Source of the DNA: Chloroflexota bacterium
Lineage (GTDB): Bacteria > Chloroflexota > Chloroflexia > QHBQ01
Assembly (NCBI GenBank): GCA_043754535.1
Contig: JAYUUN010000081.1
Coordinates: 1-33,248 of the forward strand
Length of the DNA stretch: 33,248 nucleotides
Reading direction: 5' to 3'
In this document: piece after piece, positions 1-8,158 of the stretch
Position numbering within the stretch: position 1 is the first letter of the stretch
Layout: each line of letters begins with the position of its first letter
Notes under the pieces: model-generated
What the model was told of the DNA's origin: nothing
The model's database searches: none
What the model saw: only the letters and a program-made list of their open reading frames with translations
Made by a program: the position numbers and the translations under genes

Positions 1-662
1 ATCTCACCGCCGGTCGGGAAGTCGGGACCGGGCACGATGTCGAGGATTGCGTCCAGCCCGATATCGGGATTGTCGACCAGGGCCAGGCAGGCGTCGACGA
101 TCTCGCCCAGATTGTGGGGCGGGATATTGGTGGCCATGCCGACCGCGATGCCGCCGGCGCCGTTGACCAGCAGGTTGGGAATGCGGGACGGCAGCACGAC
201 CGGCTCACTCTCGGAGCCGTCGTAGTTGTCCTTGAAGTCGACGGTGTCCTTGTCGAGGTCCGCCAGGATGGCCATGGCGGCCTTGGTCATGCGGCTTTCA
301 GTATAGCGCATGGCGGCGGGCGGATCGTTGTCCACCGAGCCGAAGTTGCCCTGGCCGTCGATCAGCAGCAGGCTCATCGAGAACGGCTGGGCCAGGCGGA
401 CCAGGGTGTCGTAGATCGCGACGTCGCCGTGCGGGTGATACTTGCCCATCACGTCACCGACGATGCGAGCGGATTTGACGTAGGACCGGTCGGGCGTGTG
501 CCCCTGCTCGCCCATCGAAAACAGGATGCGCCGGTGCACGGGCTTCAACCCGTCGCGCACGTCGGGCAGCGCCCGGCTGACGATCACGCTCATGGCGTAG
601 TCTAGGTAGCTGTTCTTCATCTCCGTCTCAATATTGATCGGACGGACTATGCCAATCTCCAT
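1..662 (-). CDS. gyrA: DNA gyrase subunit A, 5' part (runs off window edge)
   Basis: Not in the ORF track. The minus strand from ATG 662 (SD AGAGG upstream) reads [45 protein letters not shown]...GKYHPHGD...GQGNFGS...AAMRYTE...[14 protein letters not shown]...GPDFPTGG. Confidence 0.97.
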   Translation of the reverse strand, partial: MEIGIVRPINIETEMKNSYLDYAMSVIVSRALPDVRDGLKPVHRRILFSMGEQGHTPDRSYVKSARIVGDVMGKYHPHGDVAIYDTLVRLAQPFSMSLLLIDGQGNFGSVDNDPPAAMRYTESRMTKAAMAILADLDKDTVDFKDNYDGSESEPVVLPSRIPNLLVNGAGGIAVGMATNIPPHNLGEIVDACLALVDNPDIGLDAILDIVPGPDFPTGGE

Positions 663-936
663 GCAATCTTATTCCTCTCTGGTACTGCGGGGGTCAAACA
701 AGGTTTGTTGTTAGTTGTATTATACCCTAAAACGGCCCAGGATGCCAGCTTTCGGCGACTTACCGCCCTGGTGTTCTAATCTGGTTTCCACCAAACGCTC
801 CTGGGCCATTTTAGGGGCTAGGAGGGTATAGGCTGTTAGAACCATAGAACGCAACGCGGTAGTAGCTAACTGGTATACTTCTTGCTAACGGCTACTTCTC
901 ACCAGATCGTCGCCTATGGTCTAGAAAGCGGGTCAC

Positions 937-1947
937 ATGGCCGTTGAGCAGCTAATCAAGCAGCAGGGAGCGCGCACCGAGGAGCAGTATCGGCGGCGGG
1001 TGCTGGCTCTGGCTGCCATCTACTTTGTCCTCAACCTCGTTTGCTTGCTGGTGATTTTCATTGTCGCCTGGCGCGTCAAGCTGTGGATCACTATTTCGCA
1101 ACGTAGCAACGTAGAGACCCTAACTTTCGCCTTCATCTTCGTCCTCTTTCTTTACCTCTACATCACCAGCTTTCGGGGAGCGTGGGGTGCCATGCGTATA
1201 TTCTGGCGCAACGGCATAAAGCGGATGCTGGGCCGCAACACTGAGCAGTTGGAGCGCGAAAAGCAGGCTGCCCTACACACCTGCGATCAGGAGGGCCACC
1301 GTCGCGCCTACACCGATGTGCAGATCGTGCGCAACGGTGACGAGGCAAGGCCAATCATCATCCCCCTGCGTGACGCAGCAGGCAGCCTCGGCGAATTGCG
1401 CATCAACGGGGTGCGCCTCTATCTCAAGGCAGAGGTGGAGGGGATCAGCAATTCTATCTTCGAGTATATTGTTAACCAGGTTGAGCAGGCGGTTAACCAG
1501 TGCGCGGAGCAGCACAGCAACGAGGAAGACGACGAGGGCGCACCCATCGAGATCAACATCGTCGCCTGGCAGTCGGTGGATGAGGAGGAGGCGGTGATGT
1601 ACTACCATCAGGTGGAAGCCTTTCGCCGCTTGGCCCGCAAGCTAGATGAGGAGCAGCAGTTTTGGCCGACGATCCGCCTACACGAGGGCGACGTGGAGTA
1701 CCTCAAGGCTCGCCTGCGCGAGGTGATCCCCACCCTGCGCGATGAAACGTTGCTGCCTGACGTGGAGTACAGTGCAGAGTACCGTATCCCAATCATCCCA
1801 GAGCCGCTCGGCTTCGTCAGCCTCAGCCGCAATGAGAAGCGCGCAGACCCTATTGCGACGATGGGCTGCGCGATGGTGGTGGTGATTGCCATGGCGGCCC
1901 TGCTACTCTACTTCATTTACCTGCCGCCCTGGGTGCCGGGCAAGTAA
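937..1947 (+). CDS. hypothetical membrane protein (two N-terminal and one C-terminal TM segments)
   Basis: 336-aa ORF with coding-like codon usage and hydrophobic stretches at both ends. No family recognised. Confidence 0.8.
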   Translation: MAVEQLIKQQGARTEEQYRRRVLALAAIYFVLNLVCLLVIFIVAWRVKLWITISQRSNVETLTFAFIFVLFLYLYITSFRGAWGAMRIFWRNGIKRMLGRNTEQLEREKQAALHTCDQEGHRRAYTDVQIVRNGDEARPIIIPLRDAAGSLGELRINGVRLYLKAEVEGISNSIFEYIVNQVEQAVNQCAEQHSNEEDDEGAPIEINIVAWQSVDEEEAVMYYHQVEAFRRLARKLDEEQQFWPTIRLHEGDVEYLKARLREVIPTLRDETLLPDVEYSAEYRIPIIPEPLGFVSLSRNEKRADPIATMGCAMVVVIAMAALLLYFIYLPPWVPGK

Positions 1948-1959
1948 GGAGCCAGTGCA

Positions 1960-2346
1960 ATGGGTCAGTTGATCAGGCGCAATATCCCCACCATCCTTGC
2001 CAGCCTGATTGGGGTTGGGCTGCTGATCCTGGCCTTTGCCAGCTGCAACGGCCCCAACCCACACGTAGTTGAGTTTAGCCAGCAGCCGACCCCCCAGGCA
2101 GCCCAGCACCCAGGTGAGAACCCCAGCTACAAGGTTACCTTTACTATCGAGAACCAGGGCCGAGGGGACGGACAGACGAAGCTGGTGGTCAAGCTGGTGG
2201 ACAAGCAGAGCGGTCATACCGTAGCTGAGCAACAACAACTGGTCGAGCTTGGCGACCGCGAGACTGAGGAGGTAGATGTCACCTTCCCCGATGTGCCGCA
2301 GGGGGAGTATACAGTGAGCTACGAGTTGCATTACCCGCCAGATTGA
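1960..2346 (+). CDS. hypothetical exported or lipoprotein with Ig/CARDB-like beta domain
   Basis: SD AAGGAG overlaps the upstream stop. Signal-like N-terminus ends LAFASC. YKVTFTIENQG...G pattern. Confidence 0.7.
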   Translation: MGQLIRRNIPTILASLIGVGLLILAFASCNGPNPHVVEFSQQPTPQAAQHPGENPSYKVTFTIENQGRGDGQTKLVVKLVDKQSGHTVAEQQQLVELGDRETEEVDVTFPDVPQGEYTVSYELHYPPD

Positions 2347-2371
2347 CAGCACGGCCCGCCTGACATATGAT
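2343..2371 (+). promoter_or_regulatory. sigma70-type promoter of the RidA gene
   Basis: TTGACA (2343-2348), 17 bp spacer, TATGAT (2366-2371). SD AGGAGG at 2388-2393. Confidence 0.75.
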
Positions 2372-2401
2372 AGCAGCAGATTGCGCCAGGAGGGATGAGC
2401 T

Positions 2402-2803
2402 GTGCAAAAGCAATACCTTAACCCCGAGACAGTTGCCTGACCCATTGGCAACTACACCCATGCGGTTATTACCCAGATTGGCACCGCTGCGATCATCATG
2501 ATTGCTGGTCAGGTAGCGATAGATGACGATGGCAAGCTGGTTGGCGAAGATAGCATGACAGCTCAAGCAGAGTTTGTGTTTGCCCAGATCGATGGTATCT
2601 TGCTAGCTTGCGGAGCCACCTTTGCCGATGTGGTCAAAACTACCTTCTTCGTCACCGATATAAGCCGCATAGGTGAGGTGGCAACGATTCGTCACCGCTA
2701 CATTAGCAAGAACTTCCCGGCCAGCACTGCCGTGGAAGTCAGCAAGCTAGCTCACCCTGGCTTGCTGCTTGAGGTCGAGGTGATGGCAATCGTGCAGCGA
2801 TGA
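2402..2803 (+). pseudogene. RidA/YjgF family protein with premature TGA at codon 13
   Basis: From GTG 2402: MQKQYLNPETVA*PIGNYTHAV...IAGQVA...DVVKTTFFVTD...R..FPASTAVEV..L...LLLEVE. In-frame TGA at 2438-2440. Confidence 0.8.
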
Positions 2804-2817
2804 CCCGCGCTGGCAGG

Positions 2818-2847
2818 TTGACACTGGGCGTGGCTAGCTTGTACAAT
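2818..2847 (+). promoter_or_regulatory. sigma70-type promoter of mfd
   Basis: TTGACA (2818-2823), 18 bp spacer, TACAAT (2842-2847). Confidence 0.65.
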
Positions 2848-2948
2848 AATAGCATCTCATATACGGAGTTGTAAGGGACTGGTCCACGGCCAGCCCCCCT
2901 ATTCATCTGCCCCTTGCCTCCCCTGACCACAGAAAGATATGTACAAAC

Positions 2949-5900
2949 ATGAGCCTTGCTGCCCTGCTTCCTCTCTTGCGCGGAAATAGCCGCTATGTTG
3001 ACTTGCTAGCCGAGGTGGGCCGTGCCTTGCGCGAACCAACCAGCGGTTCGGCCCGCGTTGGTGCCTTGCCCGATGCTGCCAAGCCGCTGCTCCTGGCTGC
3101 CTTGCAAGACGACCTGGCCGGGCAGGATGCGCCACATCGCATCTTCGTGATCGCAGCGCGACCAGAGCGGGCGCAGGCGATCTATGAAGGCTTGCTGGCT
3201 TACGTTCCCGACCTGGCCCGCCTGAGCTACTTCCCCACCCCCGACCCAATGCCCTACGAGCGCGTTGGTTGGGATCGCACGCTGGTTAGTCAGCGGCTAA
3301 CTACGCTGGAGGCGATGGCCGCTCCGCCAACTGGTGGTCTGCCGCTGATGGTAGTGGGGGCTGCCCGCGCCTTCATGCAGCCGACCATGCCGCCAGCCGA
3401 CTTTCGGGAGGCAACGATCACCCTCACTGCTGGCGAACACTTCGACTCGCAACGCATCCTCGCACAACTGGTGGCTATCGGCTACCAGCCCGCCAGCGTA
3501 GTTGAGGAAGCAGGCCAGTTTAGCAGGCGCGGGGGGATCGTGGACATCTACCCCGCCACCGCAGGACAGCCAGTGCGCGTTGACCTCTTTGGCGACGAGA
3601 TCGAGTCGTTGCGCCTGTTCGATCCGGTAACACAGCGCAGCGCAGGGGTAGTAACCAGCGTGAAGATCAGCCCCGCAATGGAGGTTCCGCTCTGGCGGCG
3701 GGCGGACGCGTTGCCTGCCCTACGCGAGTTGCAGATCGACGACCTGCGCGAGGAGGTGCGCGACGAGTGGCGCACCCTGCTCAACCTGTTCGAGCAGGGT
3801 GAGAGCTTCGAGGGCGTAGAGTTGTTCATGCCCTACTTCAGCCCGCCCGGCCAGCCACAAGGTGCGCTGGACTACCTGGAGCCAGGCGACCTGATTGTGA
3901 TTGACGATGTAGCGGCTACCCGCCTGTCAGCGGCAGAGATGGGGGGGCAGGCGACAGAGTATCGCCAGCAGCTAGCCAATCAGCACGAACTACCCGCCAA
4001 CCTGCGTGAACCCTTCATCCCCATTGACCGCCTGATCGCCCGCCTGCAAGACTTCGCCCTGGTGCAGATCGGCCCCTCGGTCGTCACCGACTCAGAGGGC
4101 AACCTGATCCCCCTGGTTTCCTCTACTCTAGGGGAAGGCCAGGTGGATGCTACCGACGAGGAGGGACTGACGGAGCAGGTGATTGCTGCCAACCCCTATG
4201 CAGGCAACATCAGCCGTCTGGTAGCCGACCTGCACCGCTTTCGAGCCGAGGCTACGCGGGTAGTGATCGTCAGCCAACAGACCGCGCGCTTGCGCGAATT
4301 GCTTGAGGAGCAGGACATCTACCCGGCGGTACGCAAGGGTGGGGCGAAGCGTGCGCCCGGCCAGCAATCCACAGTACCAGAGGACTTGCTTGGCCCACCC
4401 GCTGCTGGTAGCCTGCAAATGCTGACCGGCAACATCCCTGGCGGCTTCTTCCTGCGCGAACCCGCCCTCGTCGTCCTCAGCGACAGCGAGATATTCGGCT
4501 GGCGGCCCCCAGTGCGGCGGGCCAGTCGCCGCAGTGCGGGCGAGAAGGAGGCGCGTACCCGCAACGCCTTCCTATCCGAACTGAAGGTGGGCCAGTACGT
4601 CGTGCATATCGAGCATGGCGTGGGTCGCTTCAGTGGGTTGACGATGATGGCGACTGGCGAGGGTGAGCGTGAGTACATGGTGCTGGAATACGCCGCTGGT
4701 GACCGCCTCTACGTCCCCGCCGAGCAGACTGACCGCGTGCTGCCTTACTCCAACATTGGCGGGGCCGAGCCGCAGCTAAACAAGCTGGGGACAGCAGAAT
4801 GGGGACGCACCAAGCGCAAGGTGCGCGCCGCGACAGAGGAACTGGCGCGCGAACTGCTCAAGCTCTATGCTGCCCGCGAGCTATCCAGCCGCCCCAGCTA
4901 TGGCCCCGACACCAACTGGCAGGACGAGATGGAGGCGGGCTTCCCCTACACCGAGACCGAAGACCAGATGCGGGCGATCATCGAGACCAAGAGCGACATG
5001 GTAGAGGAGAAGCCTATGGATCGCCTGATCTGCGGCGATGTGGGCTACGGTAAGACAGAGGTGGCGATGCGGGCGGCCTTCAAGGCGGTGACGGGTGGGC
5101 GGCAGGTGGCAGTGCTGGTGCCAACCACCCTGCTGGCGCAGCAGCACTTCGACAACTTCCGCAACCGCATGGGCGCATTCCCAGTCAACATCGAGATGGT
5201 CAGCCGCTATCGTAGCAAGAAGGAGCAGAAGGAGATCGTGGAGGCGACGCGAGACGGGAAGGTAGACATCCTGATCGGCACCCACCGTCTCTTGCAGAAG
5301 GACATTAGCTTCAAGAACCTGGGCATGATCATCATTGACGAGGAGCAACGCTTCGGCGTGAAGCACAAGGAACGACTCAAGCAGATGCGGACAGAGGTGG
5401 ACGTGCTGACCCTGACCGCCACCCCGATCCCGCGCACCCTGCACATGGCGATGATTGGCGTGCGCGACATGAGCGTGATCGAGACCCCACCAGTCGACCG
5501 CCTACCAATCAAGACCTACGTCACTGCCTATAGCGGCACTCTAGTACGCGAGGTGATCCTGCGTGAGTTGCAGCGTGGCGGGCAGGTCTTCTTCGTCCAC
5601 AATCGCGTGCAGAGTATCGGACATACGCTGAACAAGCTACAAGCTCTGGTGCCAGAGGCGCGCTTTGGCATTGGGCATGGGCAGATGGAGGAGCATGAGC
5701 TAGAGCGGGTGATGAACGCCTTTGTGGGCCGCGAGATTGATGTGCTGCTGGCGACCACGATCATCGAGTCGGGGCTGGACATTCCCAACGCCAACACGCT
5801 GATCGTAGACGAGGCAGAGAACTTTGGCTTGGCTCAACTCTACCAGTTGCGCGGACGGGTGGGGCGCGGCGCAACGCGGGCCTACGCCTACTTCCTCTAC

Positions 5901-6713
5901 CACAAGGGTCAGCACCTCAACCCCGACGCGCAGGAGCGGCTGCACGCGATCCAGGGGGCAACTGAGCTTGGCGCGGGCTTCCGCATTGCCATGCGCGACC
6001 TGGAGATTCGCGGGGCGGGCAACCTGCTAGGCCAGGAGCAGAGCGGCCACATCACCGAGGTTGGCTTCGACCTCTACACCCGCCTGCTAGCCCACGCGGT
6101 AGAACAGGCCCGCCAGCAGATGCGGAGTGCCAGCGGCGGCGGCCTGAAGGTGGAGGGTGGCAACGCCGACCTGGGCGAGATGCAGGCCCAGAGCGAGATG
6201 GCTGCCGAAGCTGAACTAGACGATCAACCACTGATCATCGACTTGCCAATCCAGGCCTACTTGCCAGAGGATTATGTGCCAGACGCTGCCTTGCGCCTTA
6301 AGCTGTACCAGCGGCTGGCCCGCCCGCTCAGTCCCTTGCAGAGCCACGAGGTGAGCCAGGAGTTGGAGGATCGCTTTGGCCCCCTGCCCGCCCCAGCCAA
6401 GAGTTTGCTCTACATCGTGCAGGTCAAGGGTCTAGCTCTGCGCGCCGGGGTAGATGCGATCCTGACCAGTGAGAACGAGATCACCATCCGCCTCTCCGAG
6501 CGAGCTGCTGCTGGTGGTCGGTTGGCGAAGCTACCCTACAGCAGGGTAGCCCGCCGCTTCCCCGATCTCAAGGTGGGGGCGCGGTTGGTGCGCCTCAGCC
6601 GTCGTACCCTCGGCAGCAAGTGGCAGGACGCGTTGCGGGCCGTGCTAGAGGAACTGACCCTGGATGAGGCGAACCAGAGTGTGGGCGGGCGGCAGGAGTT
6701 GGGCAAGGCGTAG
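2949..6713 (+). CDS. mfd: transcription-repair coupling factor
   Basis: UvrB-like RGGIVDIYP, CarD/RID VVHIEHGVGRF, DRLICGDVGYGKTEVA, DEEQRFGV, TATPIPRTL, QLRGRVGR, DLEIRGAGNLLG, C-terminal TRCF domain. Confidence 0.98.
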   Translation: MSLAALLPLLRGNSRYVDLLAEVGRALREPTSGSARVGALPDAAKPLLLAALQDDLAGQDAPHRIFVIAARPERAQAIYEGLLAYVPDLARLSYFPTPDPMPYERVGWDRTLVSQRLTTLEAMAAPPTGGLPLMVVGAARAFMQPTMPPADFREATITLTAGEHFDSQRILAQLVAIGYQPASVVEEAGQFSRRGGIVDIYPATAGQPVRVDLFGDEIESLRLFDPVTQRSAGVVTSVKISPAMEVPLWRRADALPALRELQIDDLREEVRDEWRTLLNLFEQGESFEGVELFMPYFSPPGQPQGALDYLEPGDLIVIDDVAATRLSAAEMGGQATEYRQQLANQHELPANLREPFIPIDRLIARLQDFALVQIGPSVVTDSEGNLIPLVSSTLGEGQVDATDEEGLTEQVIAANPYAGNISRLVADLHRFRAEATRVVIVSQQTARLRELLEEQDIYPAVRKGGAKRAPGQQSTVPEDLLGPPAAGSLQMLTGNIPGGFFLREPALVVLSDSEIFGWRPPVRRASRRSAGEKEARTRNAFLSELKVGQYVVHIEHGVGRFSGLTMMATGEGEREYMVLEYAAGDRLYVPAEQTDRVLPYSNIGGAEPQLNKLGTAEWGRTKRKVRAATEELARELLKLYAARELSSRPSYGPDTNWQDEMEAGFPYTETEDQMRAIIETKSDMVEEKPMDRLICGDVGYGKTEVAMRAAFKAVTGGRQVAVLVPTTLLAQQHFDNFRNRMGAFPVNIEMVSRYRSKKEQKEIVEATRDGKVDILIGTHRLLQKDISFKNLGMIIIDEEQRFGVKHKERLKQMRTEVDVLTLTATPIPRTLHMAMIGVRDMSVIETPPVDRLPIKTYVTAYSGTLVREVILRELQRGGQVFFVHNRVQSIGHTLNKLQALVPEARFGIGHGQMEEHELERVMNAFVGREIDVLLATTIIESGLDIPNANTLIVDEAENFGLAQLYQLRGRVGRGATRAYAYFLYHKGQHLNPDAQERLHAIQGATELGAGFRIAMRDLEIRGAGNLLGQEQSGHITEVGFDLYTRLLAHAVEQARQQMRSASGGGLKVEGGNADLGEMQAQSEMAAEAELDDQPLIIDLPIQAYLPEDYVPDAALRLKLYQRLARPLSPLQSHEVSQELEDRFGPLPAPAKSLLYIVQVKGLALRAGVDAILTSENEITIRLSERAAAGGRLAKLPYSRVARRFPDLKVGARLVRLSRRTLGSKWQDALRAVLEELTLDEANQSVGGRQELGKA

Positions 6714-6724
6714 TTGGATCGCAC

Positions 6725-8071
6725 TCAACCAGCCGCCAGCAACATCTCAACCGCAGTGGCGCGCTTTGGCAGCTCCAACTCGTGGAAGATGTGGGCGGCC
6801 CGCTGGGCCAGTGCGATGGCCTCAGCCTGCCGTTCTGGACTGTCTGGACTGGCAGCAGAATAGCGAAACATCATTCTGGCGTATTCGGCCAGGGTGTTAG
6901 CCTGATTGTAGGGTGGGAGGGTGTGGTCGGAGAGAGCCAGCTTGAATTGCTCCTCGGCTTCGGCCCACTGCTCTAGAGCAGAGTAGATCATTGCCTGAGC
7001 CAGATGGAACAGAGGTAGTTCCTGCAACTCCACCCCTTCGATGGCGTGATTCCTGATCCAGTGCAGGTGGCGGCTTACCTTAGCCCAGTCCGCCTGAGCT
7101 ATGTAGTAGGCGGCCAGTTGCACGGCACTCGGCCCCTTGAGGAAGACCTTGCTGCTAGCATCGCTGATCGTCTTGATCGTACCAATGAGCCAGGCATGAT
7201 TGTCGCCCTTGCGCCACATCAAATCGCCGAAGTGCAGCGCAACTGCTTCCTCGACGATCAGATTACCGCTCTGACCAACCAGTTTCAGGGCTTCACGCAA
7301 GTAGACCTCGGCCTCGGCCAGGTCATCATGCCTGACATAGACGCTGGCGGCCTCGGCGGTGATCAGGCAGCGCATATCAAGGTTCTCGATCCTCTCACGA
7401 AGGGCCAGGGCGTTGGCTGCATAGCGCAGTGCCAGGCTGTAGGGGCCATAGCTGGCATAGAGCAAGGCGAGGGTACGGTAGTTGTCGGCCAGGGCAGAGG
7501 GTGCGTCGTCAAGCTCGGCTTGTTCCAGACCCTGAGTGTAGAAGTCAATGGCTTTTTCTACCTCACCAGTATTGAGGCAGATGTTACCCAGGTTGTTGAA
7601 GGCTTTAGCTGCTACCGCGTGTTCGCCGACGGCGAGGGCCAGGCTGCTGCTGCGCCGAAAGTAGCCGCTTGCCTCATCTGTAAGGTTCTGGTAATAGCTG
7701 ATGGTGCCGAGACCGTTGAGTACCTGGGCAAGAAGTCTTGAGCCAAGAGGGTGTTCGCGCAGTTCGCTCTCTGCCAACAGCATCTCCGCAGCCGCTTCGT
7801 TGAGCATCCCTTTGCCGAAATAGATGCGTCCTTGGATCCAGAAGGCTCGTGCGCTGAAGAAGTGCTGGCTGCGCTGCGCCAGGCTGAGGCTAATCATCTC
7901 CAGGTCAGCCGCTGCCAACCTCTTGGTAGCCTGCTCAAAGTTGCTGCTGATCGTACTGCTCTCAGCCTGATCAAGATGGAATTGCACGTGGGCGACACGC
8001 AGCGATGCACCACAAGTGGCACAGGCTCGTGCATCTTCCTTGTTCTCATCTCCACAGGTTACACATCTCAC
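6725..8071 (-). CDS. zinc-ribbon plus tetratricopeptide-repeat protein
   Basis: N-terminal CxxC-x10-CxxC (CVTCGDENKEDARACATCG). TPR motifs such as AFNNLGNICLNTGEVEKAIDFYTQGL. SD AGAGGA before GTG. Confidence 0.8.
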   Translation of the reverse strand: MRCVTCGDENKEDARACATCGASLRVAHVQFHLDQAESSTISSNFEQATKRLAAADLEMISLSLAQRSQHFFSARAFWIQGRIYFGKGMLNEAAAEMLLAESELREHPLGSRLLAQVLNGLGTISYYQNLTDEASGYFRRSSSLALAVGEHAVAAKAFNNLGNICLNTGEVEKAIDFYTQGLEQAELDDAPSALADNYRTLALLYASYGPYSLALRYAANALALRERIENLDMRCLITAEAASVYVRHDDLAEAEVYLREALKLVGQSGNLIVEEAVALHFGDLMWRKGDNHAWLIGTIKTISDASSKVFLKGPSAVQLAAYYIAQADWAKVSRHLHWIRNHAIEGVELQELPLFHLAQAMIYSALEQWAEAEEQFKLALSDHTLPPYNQANTLAEYARMMFRYSAASPDSPERQAEAIALAQRAAHIFHELELPKRATAVEMLLAAG

Positions 8072-8158
8072 ATTTGCATCCTCTATCTTATTCTACTCCA
8101 CCCTTGCAACGTGCGTCAACCAGCGGTGAAAGTGCTAGCTACTAAACTAAGCGCACCC

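Noticed and set aside
37..605. Plus-strand ORFs 37-225 and 114-605
   Set aside because: Antisense shadows of gyrA.
2438..2440. Selenocysteine or TGA reassignment in RidA
   Set aside because: Not a Cys/redox position, no clear SECIS, and TGA is a normal stop in several genes here.
2850..2948. Structured leader or riboswitch upstream of mfd
   Set aside because: Only a short hairpin (about 2876-2898) and no recognisable aptamer consensus.
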